IMG/VR virus record: IMGVR_UViG_3300018933_000001
Location: 82,538-146,537 of that record
Length of the DNA: 64,000 nt
Strand: one strand, 5' to 3'
Source: a virus
Shown: positions 25,592 to 33,663 of the stretch, one piece after another
How positions within the stretch are numbered: the first letter of the stretch is position 1
Layout of the letters: the number at the start of each line of letters is the position of its first letter
The notes under the pieces: model-generated
Told to the model about the DNA's origin: nothing
What the model saw: the letters and a program-made list of their open reading frames with translations, nothing else
Databases searched by the model: none
Translations under genes and position numbers: made by a program

Positions 25592-26072
25592 GTTAGCTAT
25601 CTATGAATACTCCTTATCTAACTTCTATAGAAAGGTAAGTAAACGAGGTGATGAGTATTCTTCTTACTTCTACCAGTTATCAGTAGATGAGAAGAAGCAT
25701 AGCAAGATGTTATTTAGTTTGTTAAGTAAGAGAGGTTATGATGTACCTAATAAGTATTTAGTAGAGGAAGTAATAATACAAGGTCAGAAAGTAGAGACTA
25801 ATATAGAGATAAGTAAGAGAAATGTACTATTTTACTTAATCTTTAAAGGTAAGTCTGCGTCTAGTTACTCTACTAATGAGTTACTTAGTTATGTAATTAA
25901 AGGGGAAAGAATAGCTTATGTGTATTACTCAGTTTTATTATGGATAGTTAAGTGTCTGAGATACATTACTCAAAACAAGTTATACGACTTAGACATAAAT
26001 ATTCTGTCAACTATTAGAAGTGAAGAAAAGGAGCATAGTAGTAATGAAAGAAATTATAATCAACACAAGTAA
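25569..26072 (+). CDS. Ferritin-like di-iron four-helix-bundle protein
   Basis: E...FY, DEKKH, GERIAY..Y, EEKEH: two ExxH motifs with rubrerythrin-like spacing. Confidence 0.75.
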   Translation: MLSHIYYKLAIYEYSLSNFYRKVSKRGDEYSSYFYQLSVDEKKHSKMLFSLLSKRGYDVPNKYLVEEVIIQGQKVETNIEISKRNVLFYLIFKGKSASSYSTNELLSYVIKGERIAYVYYSVLLWIVKCLRYITQNKLYDLDINILSTIRSEEKEHSSNERNYNQHK

Positions 26073-26265
26073 TGTATATATTATTGGCTTAGTAGAAGGT
26101 ATTAGGATACTACTTAAGTATGACCCTGATTCATATATCTCTGCTTCTCATGACGTTATTTATTTCTGCGGATGTGAAGAAGTCTCTGAAGAAGATGGAA
26201 AATTACTAGATAAACTAGGTTGGCGGTTTGATAGCGGTGTAGATAGTTGGAGATGTAGTGTATGA
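26044..26265 (+). CDS. Hypothetical phage protein
   Basis: AAGGAG upstream of ATG 26044; SASHDVIY...VSEED..LDKLGW. Confidence 0.75.
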   Translation: MKEIIINTSNVYIIGLVEGIRILLKYDPDSYISASHDVIYFCGCEEVSEEDGKLLDKLGWRFDSGVDSWRCSV

Positions 26266-27062
26266 AAGACTTAGAAGTTAGGTGGATTATTGAGAGAGAT
26301 GTTCTGAGCTACACTGATAATCTAGTTAAGTACCTACAAGAGAAAGACATTTACTATAAAGAGACTACGTATCAGGAAGTAGTGTCTCATAAATATAGTA
26401 ATAAGTATGGTTATTTATCAGATGATGAGATAGTAACTATCTTTGTTGGTAGTCTTAGGTTAGCTAAAGAGATTAACAAGTACCCAATATATCCAGGTGT
26501 TATTTGTACATTAAAGAACTTTGAGTGTATTAACTACTATCCTAGCTGGGGTGACTATTTACTAAATAAAGATTGGACTATTACTGTACCACCTCTCTTA
26601 AAGAGACATTGCAGAGAAGGAGATACTACTAAGAAGTTCTTTTTCCGACCTAATGAGGGTGATAAAACCTTTACTGGTGGGTTATTTACTAAATCTGAGC
26701 TAGTGAAGTTGGGATTAGAAGACAATAAAGTAATAATTCAAGCTTGTAAGAAAGATATAAAAGATGAATATAGATTTCTAGTAGTAGATAAAGAAATAGT
26801 TGATTATACTAGATACTTAGATACTCCTAAAAGTGGAATGTATCGAGGAGCTAAATTTCTACTAGAGAATGCTTTACGTAATCCTAGAACTTTTCTACCT
26901 GATAGAGCTTTTACTGTAGATATTGGTGAAAGTAATAACAGAATAGGAGTAGTAGAACTTAACTCTTTTTCTTGTGCCAATCTTTACTCTATGAATATGG
27001 ACAAAGTAGTTCCTGCTATTAACGAGTTAGCTAAGAAGATGTATCTTGAAGAAAATGATTGA
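26262..27062 (+). CDS. ATP-grasp domain protein (DUF4343-like)
   Basis: YLLN, FFRPNEGDKTFTG, EYRFLVV, FTVDIG, VVELNSFSCANLY. Confidence 0.85.
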   Translation: MKDLEVRWIIERDVLSYTDNLVKYLQEKDIYYKETTYQEVVSHKYSNKYGYLSDDEIVTIFVGSLRLAKEINKYPIYPGVICTLKNFECINYYPSWGDYLLNKDWTITVPPLLKRHCREGDTTKKFFFRPNEGDKTFTGGLFTKSELVKLGLEDNKVIIQACKKDIKDEYRFLVVDKEIVDYTRYLDTPKSGMYRGAKFLLENALRNPRTFLPDRAFTVDIGESNNRIGVVELNSFSCANLYSMNMDKVVPAINELAKKMYLEEND

Positions 27063-27087
27063 CAAATTAAAATGGATAAGTTAAACT
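27059..27087 (+). promoter_or_regulatory. Sigma70-type promoter for the tRNA pair
   Basis: TTGACA-N17-TAAACT, 10 nt upstream of the tRNA. Confidence 0.8.
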
Positions 27088-27097
27088 TAATTTATTC

Positions 27098-27169
27098 GTC
27101 GGAGGAGTGACACGGTTTCACACAGGTCTCATAAGCCTGAAATAGTAGGTTCGATTCCTACCTCCGACT
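27098..27169 (+). tRNA. tRNA-Met(CAU) (or Ile2)
   Basis: GTCGGAG/CTCCGAC acceptor stem, CAGGT-CTCATAA-GCCTG anticodon arm, GTAGG-TTCGATT-CCTAC T arm. Atypical G8/C14 and U73. Confidence 0.88.
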
Positions 27170-27172
27170 TTA

Positions 27173-27246
27173 CGGAATGTGGTGTAATTTGGTAGCACTC
27201 TTGATTTGGGGTCAAGAAGCTGTAGGTTCAAATCCTACCATTCCGA
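27173..27246 (+). tRNA. tRNA-Pro(UGG)
   Basis: CGGAATG/CATTCCG acceptor stem, CTTGA-TTTGGGG-TCAAG anticodon arm, GTAGG-TTCAAAT-CCTAC T arm. Confidence 0.95.
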
Positions 27247-27253
27247 TTTAATA

Positions 27254-30193
27254 CTATATCTCTTTCGTCTTCTTCGTCACTTTAACAAAAGGATAAGCAT
27301 AAACTAGGAAACTATAATTCGGGTCTAAGTCTACATTAGTAGGTTTAGTTATTTTTACTTGTTTAGATATTTCTAATTTACCAGGAGACAAGACAGTTTC
27401 TATTAAAATATCTTCTTCAGGTTGTTCAGAGAAGTTATATTCAGAGTTGTTGTTGGTGTAACTGTTTGTGTATTTAATATAAGTGCTAGGGTCAGCAGGA
27501 AGAGTGAATTCTACTTCTTTATACGATTCTATATCTACATTTATAAAACCATCGTAGATAAATTGACTCCACAATACGTTTGTCCATCTGCGAGTGTTTA
27601 ATCTTTTATTTCCATAAGAGTAGGAAAGGCTATTAATACTTAAATCAAATCGTAAGGATTTTAATTCATTACTAATGTTAGTTTCTGTAAGATAGTAATT
27701 ACTTGGAGTGTTTAAGAAAGGTAAGATTGTACCTTTAGAACTCCACCCAGTAGACCAATCTGAAAAATAAAAATTTAAACCATGTGAATTTAAAATAGCT
27801 TCTCTACTAGATAAATCATAGTTACTAGAACTACTTATTTTATCTCTAATAGCTTTTATTGTAGAGGGGTTGTACTGTATTGGTCTATTAGGTAAATATT
27901 CAAAATAAGATTCTTTAACAATTGCATTAGTATATGGATAAACACTATTCTCTGAATATATTAACCCTTCACTCAATTTACTACTTCTAAGTATTTGATA
28001 TTCATTAAGATCAAAGCCTACAATAGAACTTAGTCTTTTTTCTTTTTTATCATAGTGAGTTTTATCCCACATCTCCCACCAACTTACTGTAGATAGAGCA
28101 GTATATCTAAAACTTTCCGCAGGGTTACTAGCTTTAAAAGTTCTAGTGTTAGAAGCGTATAAAAGAGTGGGATATACATTATATTGACTAAGTAATTTTT
28201 TCTTTGAGTAATTATATTGTTCAAAGTGATTACCTGTTACGATTTCAGAAAAATCTACATTACTGTTATTTCTAGAAAGTAGCTGAGCAAAGCTATCTCT
28301 TTCTAACGTACTTTTAAACGTACCAAAAGAGGTTAAAAATTTTCTTTCAATATTTTCTTTATTCCACACAATAGAAGAATCTAAATCAGAAGTATTTAAA
28401 TCGTCATTAGTAGAAGTAACTTTCCAATCTTTAATTTTTATAGTTACGTATTTTTGATATTCCCAGCTTTGACTGCTAAATTTATCAGAATCTCCTTTAC
28501 AGTCAGTATTAGAAAGAGTATTAGCTGGTTTTAAATTTAGTTTTAAATGTACGACTTGAGTTTTATTATCTATTACAGATAAATTAAGAGTTCTGTGATA
28601 CAGGTTATCTACTAATAATTGTAAGCTAAAATTTTGTGGGTTTTTAGTGTCATGAAAGTTTCCTTGAAAGACTGCTTTTGGATAGTTATTCAGTACATAT
28701 ATCCAAACTCTAGGGTCAATATTTAAATCTATGATGTTTTTATTCCAGTTTTCGTAGAATTTATCATGTTGTAGTTGTTCTTCTGTTGTGTTAGTAAAGC
28801 CCCTTTGTAGTCTATTTTCTATATCTACTTGAGTTTCATTAGCTTTAATAATAAAAGCGTTGTACATTCCAGAGAATAAATCACTTGCTCCTAACTCATA
28901 AAGTTTAATAGCTTCTTCTTTCTTACTACTTCCAAGCCAAATTTCGGCTTTATGAGTAGAAAGCTTCATATCTCTTTTTTTTATTTTAGGAGGGCTACCT
29001 GACAATCTACCTTCTCCTGTACCGTTATAGGGGCCACCACTACCTCCTCCTCCAGGACAACCAGGTTCCCAAGGTGAAAAACCAGGTGGAAGTCTACCAG
29101 GTACTTTATCTTCACTTACCTCTAGTATATAGAAACCTCCTGGAGCAGTTTGACCGTTTAAATATAATTGGTGAAAATGTCGCATATACATAAAGTCGTA
29201 AGGTAAATCAACCCAACCGTAAGTATGTCCCCAATCATTTTGTACATTACCTACACTTGGTTTATCTGGTTCTTCTTCTCCTAATAAAGGACATTTACTA
29301 TTAATAAAGCCTCTACTATCACAGTAACCTGCTGCTTGTTGTTCTGGACTACAATCTAATGTATATCCCGGGAGATAACTAAAGTCACATCTAAAAAAGG
29401 ATCTTTCTACCTTTGTTACTGGGTCTACTATCCTAATAACTTCCCACCCTTGTAAATTCATTTCTCCGCCACAACTTAATATAGTGGCATACCCAAACAA
29501 TTTCTTATAATTAGTATCATATTCTGAATCATGTGAGGTTAAAGCAGCTAACATTGCTTCTTCTCCATCACTACTTACTTGAGAAGAATAAAATCTCCAA
29601 CCTCCACCTCCACCTCCAGCATTTTTACCACTTCCATGAGGAGAATTTGCGTCTCTACTTAAATCATCTTTAAGACAATCATTAAGATTAGAATAAGGTT
29701 TATAAGGTAGTCCAGTATAAGAAACACCGTTAATAGTATCTTTAGCTGCATAATTACATCTTTCATAAGCACCTACAAATTGAGTACAAGAGTTTCCTTT
29801 TCTAATCCAAGTAGAAGTTAAATTAGTGGGAACTGGACTACCCGTATCTACTAACTTTACAAATAAATAAAAGACTTCAATATCTGCTTCTGTATATTCA
29901 ATAATCTTCTTATCATCTATCGGTTTAGTTTTTCTTATCTGTATAATTCTTTCAGTTACTTGTTCTGCTGATTTAAAGGTGACTGCTTTATATTTACCGT
30001 CATCCGAATCTTTAACTACTAGAACTTCTCCACTAGAATCGACATTGATACTAAGAGCTTGAATAGTTTTTCCAGTTTCAGTATTTCTTACATTTATCTT
30101 TGTCCCAATTCCACCATTGAGAGCATAACCAATAAAAGCAGTATTATTTTCTAGTAACTTTAAAATCTTAGAAACTACTTGGTCATCATTCAT
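27254..30193 (-). CDS. Large putative virion (tail or adsorption) protein
   Basis: 979 aa at the distal end of the tail module; Gly/Pro/Cys-rich insert. Confidence 0.55.
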   Translation of the reverse strand: MNDDQVVSKILKLLENNTAFIGYALNGGIGTKINVRNTETGKTIQALSINVDSSGEVLVVKDSDDGKYKAVTFKSAEQVTERIIQIRKTKPIDDKKIIEYTEADIEVFYLFVKLVDTGSPVPTNLTSTWIRKGNSCTQFVGAYERCNYAAKDTINGVSYTGLPYKPYSNLNDCLKDDLSRDANSPHGSGKNAGGGGGGWRFYSSQVSSDGEEAMLAALTSHDSEYDTNYKKLFGYATILSCGGEMNLQGWEVIRIVDPVTKVERSFFRCDFSYLPGYTLDCSPEQQAAGYCDSRGFINSKCPLLGEEEPDKPSVGNVQNDWGHTYGWVDLPYDFMYMRHFHQLYLNGQTAPGGFYILEVSEDKVPGRLPPGFSPWEPGCPGGGGSGGPYNGTGEGRLSGSPPKIKKRDMKLSTHKAEIWLGSSKKEEAIKLYELGASDLFSGMYNAFIIKANETQVDIENRLQRGFTNTTEEQLQHDKFYENWNKNIIDLNIDPRVWIYVLNNYPKAVFQGNFHDTKNPQNFSLQLLVDNLYHRTLNLSVIDNKTQVVHLKLNLKPANTLSNTDCKGDSDKFSSQSWEYQKYVTIKIKDWKVTSTNDDLNTSDLDSSIVWNKENIERKFLTSFGTFKSTLERDSFAQLLSRNNSNVDFSEIVTGNHFEQYNYSKKKLLSQYNVYPTLLYASNTRTFKASNPAESFRYTALSTVSWWEMWDKTHYDKKEKRLSSIVGFDLNEYQILRSSKLSEGLIYSENSVYPYTNAIVKESYFEYLPNRPIQYNPSTIKAIRDKISSSSNYDLSSREAILNSHGLNFYFSDWSTGWSSKGTILPFLNTPSNYYLTETNISNELKSLRFDLSINSLSYSYGNKRLNTRRWTNVLWSQFIYDGFINVDIESYKEVEFTLPADPSTYIKYTNSYTNNNSEYNFSEQPEEDILIETVLSPGKLEISKQVKITKPTNVDLDPNYSFLVYAYPFVKVTKKTKEI

Positions 30194-30207
30194 AGGAAAT
30201 ATTTAGT

Positions 30208-30474
30208 ATGTATTTAAGTTTTGTATTTGACGTAATGCAGAGAAAAGTAAAACCTCTACATCCTGGTTCTATTGTAGTAGATATCCTAGAAGATAGAGGA
30301 GTTAGTCAAGAAGAATTTTGTAACAGTGATTTTAAACTATTAGAAATTTTACTAGGAGAAAAAGTTATTAGTTTTCATTATGCCTGGTATATTGAGCAAA
30401 AACTAAGTATTTCTCATAAACTTTTATTAAATCTACAAAGAAAAGCAGATATTTGGGATAGTTTATTAGAATGA
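30208..30474 (+). CDS. HigA/VapI-type addiction-module antitoxin (orphan, shortened HTH)
   Basis: PLHPGSIVVDILEDRGVSQEEF...ILLGEKVIS...LLNLQRKADIW. Start may be ATG 30235. Confidence 0.8.
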   Translation: MYLSFVFDVMQRKVKPLHPGSIVVDILEDRGVSQEEFCNSDFKLLEILLGEKVISFHYAWYIEQKLSISHKLLLNLQRKADIWDSLLE

Positions 30475-30975
30475 ACGAAAAGTAATTAATCGTTTCTCAT
30501 GACTATACTCAAAGCATAAAGCGTCATGAACATTTCCAAGAGCAGGATTAGGTTGTTTGAAGAATATCCATCCTCCAGTAGATTGAACGGTAAAGCTATA
30601 GATTTGAAAAGAAGTTCCTCTCATTAAACTAGGAGATAGCGCCGGGAAAGTTTCTTGTGCGTTATTAGCCGTTGACCAAGCTTTATTAGGAGGGTTGCTA
30701 TAAGAGAAAGTGGTAGAAGTTAAAGTATTAAATTCAGTAGCCATATTATATTTAATAGGGGACGTACTTTCAGCACTTCTATCAAAAAAGTTATATTGAA
30801 AGTTGAGAGTAATAGACCCTGTAGTTCCATCCCAGTTAACTATACTACCAGGAACCCATAGCATTTTCCCAGTATTGTTAGGGCAACTTCCACATTCTCC
30901 TGTTTTACATTGAAGTAATGTTGGAGTAAGAATTTCTGTTATAGGGTTAGTTTTTACTAAGCTAGTTGGCTTCAT
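30466..30975 (-). CDS. Putative virion protein
   Basis: Beta-rich S/T/N composition, located in the tail operon. Confidence 0.55.
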   Translation of the reverse strand: MKPTSLVKTNPITEILTPTLLQCKTGECGSCPNNTGKMLWVPGSIVNWDGTTGSITLNFQYNFFDRSAESTSPIKYNMATEFNTLTSTTFSYSNPPNKAWSTANNAQETFPALSPSLMRGTSFQIYSFTVQSTGGWIFFKQPNPALGNVHDALCFEYSHEKRLITFRSF

Positions 30976-30991
30976 AACGGATAATTTTTAA

Positions 30992-31564
30992 TTATAGTAA
31001 AATTTCTAAATTAATCCGAATCCCTTGTCCAGTAACAGCAGGTAAACTATGAGCATTTCTAGCTAGTAGAAGTCCGTAAATGTGAGGAGAACCAGCAGGG
31101 TCAGTAGTAAAAGCCATTGATACCCCATTAACCGAATAAAGTGTATTAAGAGAGCTAGCTAAGGGGAAAGAAAACTCTATGTCTCCAATAAAATTTTGAG
31201 CTTCTGCATCAGTAAGAGCAAAAGACCCATAGGCTAGTCTATCAGTAAAAACAGTGGTTATTGGTCTATCAAATAATCTTAGAAGATATTGACCGGTGGA
31301 TACGACCTCACAATATAAAGAAGCGTTTTGAATTACACCTCCCATTCCGGCTTTTAATGCAACGTTAGGAAAAGTAAATTGAGATGTTCCCATTAACTGG
31401 TTAGCTGCATAAGCTGTAGTTCCAATTCCTCCAGTATTAGTACCAGCTACAGAAACAGTTTGATTAGTAATAATAGGGATATGAGTAGTTTGTCCTGTTA
31501 CTGGGTCTACAAAAGTAAAGCTAGCAATCCACAGACCTGAACCTTGAGTAACTTGATAAGGCAT
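30992..31564 (-). CDS. Putative virion protein
   Basis: G/T/A-rich beta protein in the tail operon. Confidence 0.55.
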   Translation of the reverse strand: MPYQVTQGSGLWIASFTFVDPVTGQTTHIPIITNQTVSVAGTNTGGIGTTAYAANQLMGTSQFTFPNVALKAGMGGVIQNASLYCEVVSTGQYLLRLFDRPITTVFTDRLAYGSFALTDAEAQNFIGDIEFSFPLASSLNTLYSVNGVSMAFTTDPAGSPHIYGLLLARNAHSLPAVTGQGIRINLEILL

Positions 31565-31576
31565 AATTTTTATTTA

Positions 31577-31960
31577 TTAGTTTGTTTGTTTAACATAAGT
31601 CATAATTATTGTAGCTGCATTTGGTTCTACGTTTGTATACCAAGGGAAACCTCCTACTAAGCCAAAAGCACTACCTCCAGCGAAACTATTCGGAATAACT
31701 GTAATTTCTAATTTATCAGTTCCTTCTAGTTTTAGCTTAGAAATAGAATTAAGTTCTAAAGGTTCTTGGTTAAAAATTGGTAGGTTGAGGTCTTTAATTA
31801 TTTCTAAATTGTTGAGTTTAACAGTAACTTTAGCTACCTCATTTTTCTCATTTTTTAGTAAAACTTTAGCAATAATAAAGCTAATAGCAGTTGTTGCTTG
31901 AAATATAGTGGTTGGTGCTACATTGAGTGTTTGGTATTCAGTTTTTAGAGTAGTTGGCAT
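31577..31960 (-). CDS. Putative virion protein
   Basis: Small beta-sandwich-like ORF in the tail operon. Confidence 0.55.
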   Translation of the reverse strand: MPTTLKTEYQTLNVAPTTIFQATTAISFIIAKVLLKNEKNEVAKVTVKLNNLEIIKDLNLPIFNQEPLELNSISKLKLEGTDKLEITVIPNSFAGGSAFGLVGGFPWYTNVEPNAATIIMTYVKQTN

Positions 31961-31962
31961 AT

Positions 31963-32289
31963 TTATTCTTTAGACCCTTCTTGTTGTAGAGGTAAGTCAG
32001 GAATTGGAGAATCTGTTATTTGTAAGTATCTACCCATCCCTACAGCTTCTTGTATAGTTACCATAGCTTCTGTAAGTTTAGGATTTCCTTTACAGTTAAT
32101 AATTAAAGCTTGATTGTCCCAATACGGATAGCCTACTACTCTTCCGTTAGGTAACTTGGTAGTAATAGTAAAATAAACCTCAATAAACATTTTTTCTACG
32201 TCTTCTTGAGCTTCTGATAAATTAATCTGTAATCGTTCTGCGGTATGAACTTCTGAAATGTTATCTGAATCTGTAATTATAATTGGCAT
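31963..32289 (-). CDS. Hypothetical protein, possible fibre assembly chaperone
   Basis: Directly downstream of the tail fibre gene; position only. Confidence 0.45.
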   Translation of the reverse strand: MPIIITDSDNISEVHTAERLQINLSEAQEDVEKMFIEVYFTITTKLPNGRVVGYPYWDNQALIINCKGNPKLTEAMVTIQEAVGMGRYLQITDSPIPDLPLQQEGSKE

Positions 32290-32301
32290 ATATTTTTTCT
32301 T

Positions 32302-33459
32302 TTATACAATATTAACGATATTTCCGTTTCTCCACAAAGACCCGGATGCTAGACCTGATGAAGAAGTTGGCAAAGTAGAGAAATTTATTACACTTCCACC
32401 AGCATAGAAGTTACCTACACAACTTAAACCTCCTCCAAATCTTCCAGAACCAGTATTAGTAGAAGTAGCAGCAGTATTATTAGTAACAATCATAGCTCCT
32501 GAAAGAGTGAAGTTGTAGTTAGTAGCATTAATTCTAAAACCTAATCCACCGCCAGCATAGCCAGAAGAGATATAAAAATCTCTATTTAAACTACTTGGCC
32601 CAACTCCAATATCCCAATATGAAGTAGAAGTGTTAATACTAGCAGTAAACCTAAAAGTGTTATAAGCATCATTGTTACCTAAAAGGTTCATGATACCTAC
32701 ATCACCTCTAATAGTTAAAGCGCTAGTAAGAGTTTTAGCACCAGCAATTGTTTGATTATTGGATAAATCTACAAAATTTTGAGTAGAACTTCCTGTACCA
32801 CCATTAGCAATAGGTAAGGAGTTAGTAACATCTGCAAGTAAATTTATTTGGGATAAGGTAAGATTGGTTCCGTCACTTCTTAGAACTCTATTAGCAGTTT
32901 GTACACCTACTAAGTTATTTAAAGCAATTTGTCTATTAGCTAGATTGCTTAAGTTTCCCGCGCTACTAAGTAGTATCCTAATATTATTGCTACTATCTCT
33001 GTATTGTAAATCATCTGTACTTCTCCAAATAGTTCCTACAATACTTCCAGAACTGTTAGGTATGACTAAACTACCTAAAAACGTTTTAACCCCATTAACA
33101 GTTTGATTAGTAGTTAAGTCTACTCTACTAGCTAGAGAATTAGTAACAGTAGTAGAGAAATTAGCATCATTACCTAAAGCAGCAGCTAACTCATTTAAAG
33201 TATCTAATGCAGCCGGAGAAGAAGCTACTAAGTTAGATATAGCAGTATTAACAAATATACAGTTAGCAATTTGAGTAGTGTTAGTACCAGCAATAGGAGT
33301 AGGAGTTGTAGGAGTTCCACTTAGATTAGGGGATATTGAGTTAGCTTTAAGTGCTAAAGCAGCAGTAATACCTAAAGAAGTGTTAACATCTGCTATATCA
33401 GTAGAACTTCTAGGAAAAGTAATAACTCCATTTTTAAGTATCAGAGGTTGTGTTGACAT
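32302..33459 (-). CDS. Tail fibre protein
   Basis: KANSISPNLSGTPTTPTP..GTNTTQIA..FV and LVASSPAALDTLNELAAALGNDANFSTTVTNSLA (P2 gpH-type repeat); repeated DLxxNQTxxGxKT; LPIANGGTG. Confidence 0.92.
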   Translation of the reverse strand: MSTQPLILKNGVITFPRSSTDIADVNTSLGITAALALKANSISPNLSGTPTTPTPIAGTNTTQIANCIFVNTAISNLVASSPAALDTLNELAAALGNDANFSTTVTNSLASRVDLTTNQTVNGVKTFLGSLVIPNSSGSIVGTIWRSTDDLQYRDSSNNIRILLSSAGNLSNLANRQIALNNLVGVQTANRVLRSDGTNLTLSQINLLADVTNSLPIANGGTGSSTQNFVDLSNNQTIAGAKTLTSALTIRGDVGIMNLLGNNDAYNTFRFTASINTSTSYWDIGVGPSSLNRDFYISSGYAGGGLGFRINATNYNFTLSGAMIVTNNTAATSTNTGSGRFGGGLSCVGNFYAGGSVINFSTLPTSSSGLASGSLWRNGNIVNIV

Positions 33460-33649
33460 TTACTATCTTTTGTTCTGGTTCTATTAGTTCAGCTTCATTT
33501 TCTCTTAGTTGAAGTTCCAACTCTTTTATTTGCTTATCTTTTATCTCTATTTGTACTTGTAAGTTTAATATCTCTTGAAAAAACTGCAAACATTGTAATT
33601 GATACTTTTCGGATAATTTCTGTGCATATTCTTGTGAATTAATGTCCAT
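33434..33649 (-). CDS. Small coiled-coil protein
   Basis: Q/E/L heptads; overlaps the fibre start. Confidence 0.65.
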   Translation of the reverse strand: MDINSQEYAQKLSEKYQLQCLQFFQEILNLQVQIEIKDKQIKELELQLRENEAELIEPEQKIVNVNTTSDT

Positions 33650-33663
33650 TTTTTATTTCATCT

